Part shown: in pieces, positions 51,388 through 60,543 of the stretch
Layout: every line of letters begins with the position of its first letter
Numbering within the stretch: the first letter of the stretch is position 1
Origin: an uncultured Pseudomonadales bacterium
Lineage (GTDB): Bacteria > Patescibacteriota > Microgenomatia > UBA1400 > PJMF01
Direction of reading: 5' to 3'
NCBI GenBank assembly: GCA_964633875.1
Contig: CAZWKL010000001.1
Span: forward strand, 53,530-117,529
DNA length: 64,000 nucleotides
The notes under the pieces: generated by a model
What the model was told of the DNA's origin: nothing
The model's database searches: none
What the model saw: the letters and a program-made list of their open reading frames with translations, nothing else
Program-made: the position numbers and the translations under genes

Positions 51388-54300
51388 CTATTGGAGTTCA
51401 GTAAACAAATCTTCTAACTCGGAAAGATCAATTTCAGCAAATATGTTTTTGATCAACTTATTAATGCCCACAGTCGGTTTAGAACCTGAGAAGGCTAGAG
51501 CTTGCGCCTGATGCCTGAGCGTGTCAGTTAAGTAGATAGCAAAACTATTTCTAACTCTATCGAGATAAGCGAGCAATTTACCTCTCAACTTTTCCTGCTC
51601 GTCTTTATCGACTAAGTTGAAATCAAACGCAAGCTGATTGTTTGGTTGTTTGTCCTGATAAGCTTGATATTTTTGCCAAAATTCGGTTAAAATCTGCCCC
51701 AATTCAGATTCACCGACCTGAAAAATCCGCAGTCGCTGATTCATCAACTCTGCCAGTATTTTTTGAGCTAACCTGGTTTGTTCGATTGATTTGAGAGTGC
51801 TAGCCAACTGGTTATACTCAGCATCATCAGCTAATGCAATAATTTTTTCAAGCACTTGACTAGTCAGGCGTGACGCCGATCCGGGTTCCAGAGCATTTCT
51901 CAACTTGGTAACTAATTTCTGCACCCTTGATTTATTGATGACTTCTTTAATTTCGAGACCATTAAAGTGTATGCTACGAGAACCAGGTTCACCGTTTCTG
52001 GCCGCTCTACCAGACATTTGTTTAATCAATCTATTAATCCAGCCCGCCGTAGCCGAAGTTGCTTGAGGACAAACGATGACGTGTAAACCACCGTTTTCAA
52101 TGATCGTTTCGGTTTGGTCCGGCAAATTAAAAGCTGCAAGGATAGCCTCGAGGGTTTCGTTTGAGATTCCTGTACCGGCAAAAATTTGTTTTAGAACCAG
52201 CTCATCGTTGATAGTTAAAATTCGATCAGTAAGCACTTGAGCTCGTTGTTTAAGGGCCTTATCTATTGATTTCAACAAGCTATTTTCCGAGGCCTCTGGG
52301 AATCGAGTCTTCATCTCTGCAAGGATTGTAATTTTCTCTAGTTCCAACAGTTCGCTAATACTGTTTTGAAGTGTATTGGCAAAAATTTCCTTGACATTAC
52401 CGCCTAAAACTACATCTGTACCTCGGCCGGCCATATTGGTAGCGATCACTATTTTCCCATATCCTTCGGAATCTAGCCTGGCAGCTTCGTTAATAATCAG
52501 CGATTCTTCTTTTGCATTTTCTGGCCGACCATTTAAGAGTTCGTGAACTATGCCAGATTTTTTTAAAGCCGCACTAATGCGCTCTGATTGCTCAATGGTT
52601 TGAGTGGCAACCAAAATTGGCCTACCTGCTTGACTTATGGTCTGAATTTCTTGAACAATCGCTTGGATTTGACCGGATTCATCGTCATGAATTTGTGGTG
52701 AAAAAGTGTTGATTTCTCTAAAAACCTGGTCGCCAACACGATATTCCAGAACAACACTACCATCACTGTTTTGAACAGCCGAGGCAATCAGCGGCTCTTT
52801 AGCGCCGACCTTATTAAGTAGTTGAAATAAGTGGTGAGGAGGAAAACTGACAGCTTTAGTATGGAACAAGTGTGCGAACATCTCTGTAATCTGAGGAGTT
52901 AAGCTGCCGCTCATGCCGGCTACCTTGTGGTGATTTTCAGCATAAAATCCAAACAGAGTGGTCACCGCTGAAACTTCTGGTTGCTCCATTAATGGCAACC
53001 CTTCCTTAATGCTGAGAGCGCCATGTAAACCTTGGGTATAATGGCTATTCGGTTGAATTCTACCGGTAGTTGGGTCAATAATAATTACTTGGTCATCCAC
53101 AACGATATAATCTACGTCTCGCTGCAACGAATAATTTGCTTTTAGGGCTAGTTGAAGATGGGCTTGAAATTCGTCATTTTGCCAGATTTCCTCTTGATCT
53201 GGGTTGAGTCCGAGAGTGTGCAATTGAGGTGAATGCTTCATTCTGCTGGCGATTAAATCCCAACCCTCATCGGTTAAAGAAATGCTACGATCATTGGCAT
53301 GGAAATCATAATGATGGTCGGCAGCGTGATATTTTTTTTCCAAAGCAGAAAATTCTTCCTGGGTTACTCTGAGTTGCTTTTCTAGAACTTGTTTCTGGTA
53401 GTTATCCGACTTTAGAGTAGCTTGTTCGGCGCGCTTGGTTAGTAACGCGATTTTATCATCTAATTGATTGAGCTTTCGCCCTAAAGAGTACTTGTCTGTA
53501 AGACCTATCACTATTTTTTGGCAAGCCGCAAGCAATGGTTCGTTGATGGGCTCAATTAACTGATCGGCCAAGATAAGCGGGCTAGTTTGATCAACGATCG
53601 AATCAACTTCATCAAAAATGATGAATCTTGGCATTAGTGGTTTCCCGTGCTTGTAGTCAAGCCTAATTTCATCTGATTTTTTGGCGCACTGATCACGGAG
53701 ATAGGCAAAGGGCAAGGCATTATTTTCGCAATAAACAATATCGGCGCTTAAAGCCATTCTGGGGGTGCAAGGTATAGGTGCATTTTGTTGCGGGCTTTTA
53801 TTATCGGCTTGATCCGAGTTTGGGGGGACAAGTATAAAAGCTAGCTCATCATCTTTGCCTAAAAAAGCCGCACTCAAACCTAAGGCGTTATAAATTTTTC
53901 CCATTTTTTCCATGTCTCTTCTGCCAAGGTAATCATTGGGCACCACAATATGTACGCCTTGATCAATTAAAGAGTTGAGAATGGCAGCTGTAGCCGCGAT
54001 AATGGTTTTGCCAGTGCCAGTGGGAATGTCAGCCATCGAGCCTTCGTGTAGAGCTAAACTTGCTGCCAACTGAACGTCATAAGGTTTTAGGTTTAGCTCT
54101 TGGTGAAAAACCTCCCTCACGAGAGCGAAAACTCGTGGAGCATATTCGGTTAGACGTTGATCGATCAGCTGGTCACTAGCTTCGGGATTAGAGGCAAGCC
54201 AGGTTGTCAATTCCTGGCGAATTTTTTCAAAAACAGCTTTGGGCTGTAGTGGTTCAGCCTCGGCTGGTTTAAGCAGCTGAGCCTGAGCCTCAACTTCAGT

Positions 54301-54477
54301 GAGAAAAGGCCGTATGGCTGCAGGGTCAAAATTAGCAACAGTGTCGCCAAAACCCCAGGGATTAACTGATGACTCAGTTTTGAGCTTATTTTTAATAACC
54401 TTAAGCCAGTTTTTAACTTCCGGAAAAAGGGAGCGTGGTTCGCTAATTTCTCTTCTGAGTCGGTCCGGACTGATCAT
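51388..54477 (-). CDS. Divergent SecA-family DEAD-motor ATPase (probable paralog)
   Basis: PYDVQL, PTGTGKT, VH.V.PNDYL.RRD, DEVDS, IATNMAGRGTD..LGG, GGLHVI, QMSGRAARNGEPG; start uncertain (54477 or 54558). Confidence 0.88.
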   Translation of the reverse strand: MISPDRLRREISEPRSLFPEVKNWLKVIKNKLKTESSVNPWGFGDTVANFDPAAIRPFLTEVEAQAQLLKPAEAEPLQPKAVFEKIRQELTTWLASNPEASDQLIDQRLTEYAPRVFALVREVFHQELNLKPYDVQLAASLALHEGSMADIPTGTGKTIIAATAAILNSLIDQGVHIVVPNDYLGRRDMEKMGKIYNALGLSAAFLGKDDELAFILVPPNSDQADNKSPQQNAPIPCTPRMALSADIVYCENNALPFAYLRDQCAKKSDEIRLDYKHGKPLMPRFIIFDEVDSIVDQTSPLILADQLIEPINEPLLAACQKIVIGLTDKYSLGRKLNQLDDKIALLTKRAEQATLKSDNYQKQVLEKQLRVTQEEFSALEKKYHAADHHYDFHANDRSISLTDEGWDLIASRMKHSPQLHTLGLNPDQEEIWQNDEFQAHLQLALKANYSLQRDVDYIVVDDQVIIIDPTTGRIQPNSHYTQGLHGALSIKEGLPLMEQPEVSAVTTLFGFYAENHHKVAGMSGSLTPQITEMFAHLFHTKAVSFPPHHLFQLLNKVGAKEPLIASAVQNSDGSVVLEYRVGDQVFREINTFSPQIHDDESGQIQAIVQEIQTISQAGRPILVATQTIEQSERISAALKKSGIVHELLNGRPENAKEESLIINEAARLDSEGYGKIVIATNMAGRGTDVVLGGNVKEIFANTLQNSISELLELEKITILAEMKTRFPEASENSLLKSIDKALKQRAQVLTDRILTINDELVLKQIFAGTGISNETLEAILAAFNLPDQTETIIENGGLHVIVCPQATSATAGWINRLIKQMSGRAARNGEPGSRSIHFNGLEIKEVINKSRVQKLVTKLRNALEPGSASRLTSQVLEKIIALADDAEYNQLASTLKSIEQTRLAQKILAELMNQRLRIFQVGESELGQILTEFWQKYQAYQDKQPNNQLAFDFNLVDKDEQEKLRGKLLAYLDRVRNSFAIYLTDTLRHQAQALAFSGSKPTVGINKLIKNIFAEIDLSELEDLFTELQ

Positions 54478-54609
54478 ATAGGGAGCAGGTTGCTGCTTAA
54501 AGTATATATCAGAAGTTTGATGATGGGCTATGTTGAACCGTCTAATTACTCGAAACAACCCGTATATTTCCAGGAGTCAAGAGTCTTTAGCATGTTGAAA
54601 CGCAGTTAA

Positions 54610-54972
54610 TTATTTGATTTTTCTTTTAACAGCGTAAGCGCCGACACCGGTGGTTAAAATACCAACTACCGCCAGTGTTGATTGCAGGTCTAAACTTGTG
54701 TAAACTTCTGAGGCATCGTGCACTCTTGCCAGTACCCGACCGCCAGCTTTAGCAACTTTCTGCTTCTGCTTGCAAACTTGCTCAGCTTTGGTTTTGCAGT
54801 TGGTAACTTGACCGTAAGCGCCGGCCTCACACTCGGTTTCGACCACCTGCTTACATTCTTGCTCTTGCTTGGCCAGGACATCATTATCGTCCTCAGCTTT
54901 GACGTTACCGGTAGTACCGGCCACGGCAGCCAGGGCTATCAACAGAGCCAAAAACATTTGTTTAATCTTCAT
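54610..54972 (-). CDS. Small secreted Cys-rich protein with C-terminal TM and basic tail (possible sortase substrate)
   Basis: Signal peptide ending VKA; 4 Cys around a YG motif; EVYTS, hydrophobic segment, KRKIK. Confidence 0.7.
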   Translation of the reverse strand: MKIKQMFLALLIALAAVAGTTGNVKAEDDNDVLAKQEQECKQVVETECEAGAYGQVTNCKTKAEQVCKQKQKVAKAGGRVLARVHDASEVYTSLDLQSTLAVVGILTTGVGAYAVKRKIK

Positions 54973-55050
54973 AATATTTCTTTCAGCAAGGTGGGGCAGA
55001 TTCTTGGCTTGAAGGTAAAAAATAGTTTCAAATTATTACAATTAAGAGGC

Positions 55051-55079
55051 ATTATAAGCGCGGCATGGCCCTTTGTCAA
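55051..55079 (-). promoter_or_regulatory. Perfect consensus sigma70 promoter
   Basis: TTGACA-17 nt-TATAAT on minus strand, about 80 nt upstream of the 54972 start. Confidence 0.85.
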
Positions 55080-55110
55080 TAGTTATAGGGCTGTGAGGAA
55101 ATGGTAATAG

Positions 55111-55288
55111 TTGTGTCAGAACGACTCGCAGCCCAAACCTTACAGTAACCAAGCCTCTAGACGACTACGAAAAAGAACTGGCCGACTTTCTTGAAAAAGG
55201 AGAGTATGTTAGTGATCCTAATTTTGCTGAGACTAAAGCCATGATCGAAGAGGCCGCTAAAAGGAATTTAAGCAGCACCTCAGATTAA
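55111..55288 (+). pseudogene. Remnant of a CopG/BrnA-like antitoxin N-terminus
   Basis: Frame KPLDDYEKELADFLEKGEYVSDPNFAETKAMIEEAAKRNL.. has no in-frame start and stops before any RHH domain. Confidence 0.5.
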
Positions 55289-55351
55289 AACTACACTTCT
55301 TGCAAGCTTAGAATGTTAAAATGTGCTTAATTGCAAAATAAGGACATTACT

Positions 55352-56362
55352 ATGGTGCCAAAAAACCGACCACAAGAAAGTGAATTAATTTTATATCGCA
55401 CTGCTGAGGGTGATATTACCGTAGATGTACTTTTTAAAGATGAAACAGTTTGGTTAACTCAAAAAAGAATGGCAGAACTATTTGATGTTGATAGGTCTGT
55501 AATTACAAAGCATCTAAAAAATATTTTTAGTGAAGGTGAGCTGAGTCAAAAAGCAGTTAGTGCAATTTTTGCACATACTGCTTCAGATGGTAAGACATAT
55601 AATACCAATTTCTACAACTTGGACGCAATCATCTCTCTTGGCTACAGGGTTAACTCCTCCCGAGCTACCCAATTTCGTATTTGGGCCACAAAAACACTAC
55701 GCAACTACATTATTAAAGGTTTTGCCATTGATGAAGCCAGGCTAAAAAATGGCTCACACTTTGGTAAAGACTACTTTGCCGAGTTACTCGAGAAAATTAG
55801 AGAAATTCGCGCCAGTGAGCGACGATTTTACCAAAAAATTACCGATTTGTACGCACAGGCAAGCATAGATTATGACCCAAAAGCGAAAATAACTCGAGAG
55901 TTTTTTGCCTCTGTTCAAAACAAACTGCACTGGGCAATTACGGGCAACACGGCAGCAGAGATTATTGCTGATCGAGCTGATGCTAATCAACCAAATATGG
56001 GTTTAAATACCTGGAAGAATGCGCCTAAGGGGAAAATTTTAAAAAGCGATACTCAGGTGGCAAAAAATTATTTATCACCAGATGAGCTGCAGAAGCTAAA
56101 TAGGATCGTTTCTATGTATTTAGATTATGCCGAATTGCAAGCAGAGCGACAGGTACCAATGAAAATGATGGATTGGATTGAACGATTAGATGCGTTTTTG
56201 CAGTTTAACGAATATGAGATACTAGATAATCCTGGTGAAGTTTCTACTGTGGTAGCAAAAAAATTAGCTAGTGATGAATATGATGAGTTTAGAGTTAAAC
56301 AAGATGAAGAATTTGAATCAGATTTTGATCAAGCTGTAAAGAAATTTTTGAAAAAAGCGTAG
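55352..56362 (+). CDS. Virulence RhuM-family protein
   Basis: ETVWLTQK.MAELFDV, YNLDAIISLGYRVNS..ATQFRIWAT, IRASERRFYQKITD. Confidence 0.92.
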   Translation: MVPKNRPQESELILYRTAEGDITVDVLFKDETVWLTQKRMAELFDVDRSVITKHLKNIFSEGELSQKAVSAIFAHTASDGKTYNTNFYNLDAIISLGYRVNSSRATQFRIWATKTLRNYIIKGFAIDEARLKNGSHFGKDYFAELLEKIREIRASERRFYQKITDLYAQASIDYDPKAKITREFFASVQNKLHWAITGNTAAEIIADRADANQPNMGLNTWKNAPKGKILKSDTQVAKNYLSPDELQKLNRIVSMYLDYAELQAERQVPMKMMDWIERLDAFLQFNEYEILDNPGEVSTVVAKKLASDEYDEFRVKQDEEFESDFDQAVKKFLKKA

Positions 56363-56396
56363 GACGTCCAAGCTTCACCAGCTATTCTCGTTTGTA

Positions 56397-56500
56397 ATGA
56401 CGGAATGGCAGATTGGTTATACCAGCAAGCGAGAAACTTCTCCGGTTGTTTCTTTCGTTACCAAATCACCCTTGTCTTAAAACAACCCAAAAAAGTCCAT
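56397..56500 (+). pseudogene. Internally deleted RelE/HigB (Gp49-like) toxin remnant
   Basis: MTEWQIGYTSKRETSPVVSFV resembles the toxin N-terminus; another frame gives HPCLKTTQKSP (cf. H.F.KKTQKTP); directly upstream of an XRE antitoxin. Confidence 0.55.
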
Positions 56501-56501
56501 C

Positions 56502-56780
56502 ATGCACATCACCAACTGGCAAACCCACAAACAGCGCCTGCTTGCCAACCCGGCCTTCAAAAAGGAGCTGGACGATCTGGAGCTTAACTATCAAGTGGCT
56601 CGTTTGCTCATCGAGGCCCGGATTAAGAAAGGCCTAACTCAGCAGGAACTGGCTGCTTTAATCAACACCAAACAAGCGGTCATTTCTCGGGTAGAAACCG
56701 GTCAAACTATGCCGTCTTTATCGCTGCTCAAACGGTTGGCCGGAGCTTTGGGGACCACATTCAAACTAGAAATAAAATAA
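56502..56780 (+). CDS. XRE-family HTH protein (HigA-like antitoxin)
   Basis: AR..KGLTQ.ELA..I.TKQ..ISRVE.G...PSL..L..LA.ALG. Confidence 0.9.
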   Translation: MHITNWQTHKQRLLANPAFKKELDDLELNYQVARLLIEARIKKGLTQQELAALINTKQAVISRVETGQTMPSLSLLKRLAGALGTTFKLEIK

Positions 56781-56785
56781 CGCCT

Positions 56786-58069
56786 CTACTTCAAGTGCCA
56801 ATAAACACTCATATAATTGTCATCGTGGAAAATGAAAACGCCGTTGCCGCCGTCTCCCAGACAGTTTCTGCAAAAATAAGCCTCGCCGTCCTGGACCGCC
56901 TTAACCGAGTGTGAGCTCATGCCCACCATGTCCAGCGCCGGGTGAGTGTTGCCACCGTACATCCAGTTGTAACAAGTATTGCTGCCGTAGTTTTGAGTAA
57001 TCCGCACATCACTCATCGGCCAGTCCCAACTGCCTTTACCAGAGCTGGTGGAACCACTCGGATCATGCCCGCAGCCGGTAGACCAAGTCACTGTTTTGGA
57101 CTTCAACTTGTCCAACGGATTAATGTGATTACTGTAGTACCAGCCCCAACTACCGGTGTTCTGAAACTGCTTAACGTTATAGCGGTAAATACTAAAATGC
57201 AGGTGAGCGCCGGTAGAGAAGCCGGAATTGCCCATGGTACCAATAGTTTCGCCGCGCTTAACTTTGACCTCATTGCCTTCACGAATCACCACGTTGGCCG
57301 CGCCGGAAATCTGAGCTAACTCTTTTCTAGCCTGGGCCAATAGCTCCTGATACCTGGTTTCGTTGCTTTTGGTGACGTTAAGAATCGCTTCCTGCTCTTG
57401 TTTGCTGGCCGCCAACTCCTGGCGTTTGCCCTCAAGCTGCTGCCGCTTTTCCAGCACTTCATCTTGCTTCACTTCCTTGAGCGATTTTTGCTCATCAAAA
57501 TGCAGCCGCTGTGACTCAGCCCGCGTCATGGCGTAGGCGGTTTGCTCACCGGCTTTGGCCAGATACTTGTACTGAGTCACGAACGAATTAAACGAGTCCG
57601 ACTCGAGCAGTAGTGACAGCGGATTGGTTTGGGTGCGCTTATACTGAGCCTTGACCCGATTAACCAACATCGTCGAGAGCCTGTCCAGGGAAACTCCCAG
57701 GCCGTTAATCCGCTCAGTTAGCTCGGAAATTTCTCTTTCCAGGGTGTTAATTTCAGCCAGCAGCTGATTGATTTGCACTTGCTGAAGGTTGATTTGGCCG
57801 TTGAGAACGCTGATGGTGTTGGTGAGGGTGTTTTTTTCGTTACTAATCACCCCGAGCACTTTTTCCAGACAGGCCGTTTTTTTGTTGTAGCAGGCCATTT
57901 TTTCGTCAGCGTCGTCTTCTTTTTCGCACTTATACTTAGCCTCGCAATCTTCGTTGGCCCGAGCTTTTTGCGTGGAAATACCGGAAAAAATTAAGGTGAA
58001 GCCGAAAAATACTAAAAATACTGCCAGGATTTTGGGGAAAGTGAAGAGTTTGTCGGCAGTGCTTCGCAT
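56786..58069 (-). CDS. Coiled-coil FtsEX partner (EnvC/PcsB-like) with circularly permuted M23 peptidase domain
   Basis: Signal peptide, long coiled coil, STGAHLHF occurring before HPALD and YWHL. Confidence 0.88.
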   Translation of the reverse strand: MRSTADKLFTFPKILAVFLVFFGFTLIFSGISTQKARANEDCEAKYKCEKEDDADEKMACYNKKTACLEKVLGVISNEKNTLTNTISVLNGQINLQQVQINQLLAEINTLEREISELTERINGLGVSLDRLSTMLVNRVKAQYKRTQTNPLSLLLESDSFNSFVTQYKYLAKAGEQTAYAMTRAESQRLHFDEQKSLKEVKQDEVLEKRQQLEGKRQELAASKQEQEAILNVTKSNETRYQELLAQARKELAQISGAANVVIREGNEVKVKRGETIGTMGNSGFSTGAHLHFSIYRYNVKQFQNTGSWGWYYSNHINPLDKLKSKTVTWSTGCGHDPSGSTSSGKGSWDWPMSDVRITQNYGSNTCYNWMYGGNTHPALDMVGMSSHSVKAVQDGEAYFCRNCLGDGGNGVFIFHDDNYMSVYWHLK

Positions 58070-58112
58070 GGTAATACTTTTTTAGTTTACTTGAGAGAGA
58101 AAGTCAAGGGCT

Positions 58113-58982
58113 CTAGCGGCGAATTAGTCTACCCACCGCCAGCAAGCCTGCCATTCCCCCCAACAGCATCCCCGCGCCAACTCCGATAGCCAGTTGAGTC
58201 AACAAAATCTCAATTGAAACCGGCAGCAGCTGCACCTCGCCCAGGAAATCTTGAATCCAGGGGGTGAGATAAAGCAGGACGGCGTACATACTAACCCAGC
58301 CAACGAGCGCCCCGGTCAGCCCATAAATCATGCCCTCGAGCATGAACGGCGCTTTGATGTAGCTTTTGGTAGCGCCAATCAGGCGCATAATGTTGATAGC
58401 CGTTTTTTTGGAAGAAGCTTTCATGGTAATGATGACAAAAATAATCAAGAAAGAGATGAAAGCCAGAATACCGGCCACCGCCAGACCTACTTGCCTGATA
58501 CTTCTGGTCCAGTGCGACAGTTGCTCGACCACGCTTTCCTGGAAATCGACATCTTCCACGCTGCGCAACCCCTCAAGATCGGACTTGACTTGCTGAAGAT
58601 AGGCAATATCGGTGGCGGCCACTTCAATGCTGGCGGGCAAAATATCCGCCGTCACCAGTTCCAGCAGTAGCGGCTCGTCTTGGTTGTTGGCTTGGTAAAT
58701 GTCCAGCGCTTCTTCTTTGGTGACCACCGTGACTTGTTCCACGTAAGGTTTGGCTGTCATGATCTCGGCAGCGCTGGTAATGGCGTTCTCTTCGGCGTCA
58801 ATCTCAAAAAAGGCGATAATTTGCGGCTGAGTTTCGAAGTGCTCCAAAACTACGTTGGTGCCCAGGATCATCAGCGAGAAACTGAAAGCCACAAAAAAAG
58901 TCACCGTCACCATCATAATCGAAACTAAAGCCTGGTAAGGCGATCTTCGGATGGTAGTTAGGGCAGTGGTCAGTGCTTGCAT
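58113..58982 (-). CDS. ftsX: Cell division permease FtsX
   Basis: 4 TMs, LPASIEV, IMRLIGATK.YIKAPF.LEG; downstream of ftsE. Confidence 0.93.
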   Translation of the reverse strand: MQALTTALTTIRRSPYQALVSIMMVTVTFFVAFSFSLMILGTNVVLEHFETQPQIIAFFEIDAEENAITSAAEIMTAKPYVEQVTVVTKEEALDIYQANNQDEPLLLELVTADILPASIEVAATDIAYLQQVKSDLEGLRSVEDVDFQESVVEQLSHWTRSIRQVGLAVAGILAFISFLIIFVIITMKASSKKTAINIMRLIGATKSYIKAPFMLEGMIYGLTGALVGWVSMYAVLLYLTPWIQDFLGEVQLLPVSIEILLTQLAIGVGAGMLLGGMAGLLAVGRLIRR

Positions 58983-58985
58983 GGC

Positions 58986-59903
58986 TTAATTTTCTTCTTC
59001 CTCTTTGTTGGCTTTTTTCTCTTTTGGTAGCTTGGATTTTTTGGATTTTTCGGGCTTGGAGTCGCTGGGTTTGGCTTTTGCAGGCTCGATCTCATCAGCG
59101 GCCGGCTTCTTTTTCTTTAAAACCAGATCCGGAGGTTTGAAAGTTTCACCCCAAATATTTTCTGTTTTAATGTCGGCAGGATCCTCATCGGTGCCGGCAG
59201 TACTGGCAGGCTCCTTTTCCTTTTTAACCTTCTTCTTACCGCCGGCATCCTTCACAATTTGGCCTTTTTCCAAGAAAATTGTTCTCATGCCGGCCAGCTC
59301 ACTCATGATTTCCTGGTCGTGGGTGGCGAAAATCACTGTAGTGCCCAGCTCATTGATTTTGTGGATCAGACGGGCAATTTTCAGGGAAGTGTCTTTATCA
59401 AGGTTGCCGGTCGGTTCGTCCGCAAAAATAATGCTGGGACCGGTAGCCAGCGCCCTGGCAATACTAATCCTTTGCGCCTCGCCACCTGAGAGCTGAGTGG
59501 GGAAAAGTTGAGCTTTATCCGTGAGTTCTACCAGTTTCAACAAGTCCGTTACCCGCTCTTCAATTTCATCACTCTTTTTACCGATAATCATCAGCGGCAA
59601 GGCAATGTTTTCCCAAACATTTAGTTCATGAAGCAGGCGGTAATTTTGAAAAATCACCCCGATTTTCCTCCGATGTTCATGTAGTTGTGAGTTTTTCAGT
59701 TGATTGACGCTGTAATCTTCAAAAAGAATTTCTCCCGCTGTGGGTGTGTACTCCTTGGTAATCAAGCGCATCAGGGTGGTTTTGCCGCTACCCGAGTGGC
59801 CGGTGATGAAAACAAAATCACCCGGATCTACTGAAAAACTAACGTCTTTAACGCCGTAAGAATCTTCAGTGAATTGTTTGGTAACATTGTCAAAAATTAG
59901 CAT
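58986..59903 (-). CDS. ftsE: Cell division ATPase FtsE with charged C-terminal tail
   Basis: GHSGSGKTT, RRKIGVIFQ, LSGGE.QR, ADEPTGNLD, ATHD. Confidence 0.93.
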   Translation of the reverse strand: MLIFDNVTKQFTEDSYGVKDVSFSVDPGDFVFITGHSGSGKTTLMRLITKEYTPTAGEILFEDYSVNQLKNSQLHEHRRKIGVIFQNYRLLHELNVWENIALPLMIIGKKSDEIEERVTDLLKLVELTDKAQLFPTQLSGGEAQRISIARALATGPSIIFADEPTGNLDKDTSLKIARLIHKINELGTTVIFATHDQEIMSELAGMRTIFLEKGQIVKDAGGKKKVKKEKEPASTAGTDEDPADIKTENIWGETFKPPDLVLKKKKPAADEIEPAKAKPSDSKPEKSKKSKLPKEKKANKEEEEN

Positions 59904-59918
59904 AAAGGCAGGACGGTT

Positions 59919-60482
59919 TTATTCTATCAGTTGTGCTTCTCCTTCAACGTTGAGGACTTCCACTCGACCAACATCCATCAGCCAACCGGCTTTTTGACCT
60001 TTGAAAGTTTCTCCCCAAACCCTCACTTCCATACCCACCAACTTGTCCAGATCAGTGACTGAGGACGTTAAATAAACGGTTTGAGCTTTGCCACCGGGTC
60101 TGAGCAGGCTATGGGAGCCTTCGCCGTCAATGCCGCCTGACTCAAGATAGCCCTGGGCGGAATCTTTGAAAGTTTGCTCGTCGGCGCTGCCAAAAACATC
60201 ACCGGCCTTGACATCGTCCTCAGCTACTCGCTTAATGACTCCGTCCTTGGGCACACCGGTATCATTGCTGTGAACCATACGGTTGGCGGCATAACCGGTG
60301 CCAACTCCAGCCAAGATGGCGATAATTCCAAACATCACAATTGGTTTTTTCAGAAATTTATTGAGTTTTTTCATAGGCGAAACTTGATTATCATTGATTT
60401 GTTCGGTGGGGTCAACCACTGGCTGAGCCGGCTCATTTTCCGGCATAGTTGATGGTGGGGTGGTGAGATCTAGTTTTCGCAT
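59919..60482 (-). CDS. Single-pass membrane protein with small beta-rich (possibly OB-fold) external domain
   Basis: TM VMFGIIAILAGVGTGY; first gene of the ftsEX unit after TTGGCA-17-TATACT. Confidence 0.7.
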   Translation of the reverse strand: MRKLDLTTPPSTMPENEPAQPVVDPTEQINDNQVSPMKKLNKFLKKPIVMFGIIAILAGVGTGYAANRMVHSNDTGVPKDGVIKRVAEDDVKAGDVFGSADEQTFKDSAQGYLESGGIDGEGSHSLLRPGGKAQTVYLTSSVTDLDKLVGMEVRVWGETFKGQKAGWLMDVGRVEVLNVEGEAQLIE

Positions 60483-60543
60483 ATATCCTTAGTATAAAGA
60501 ACTCGTTGTAAAATGCCAATCAGCTTTCTTTTGTTCCTACTAT

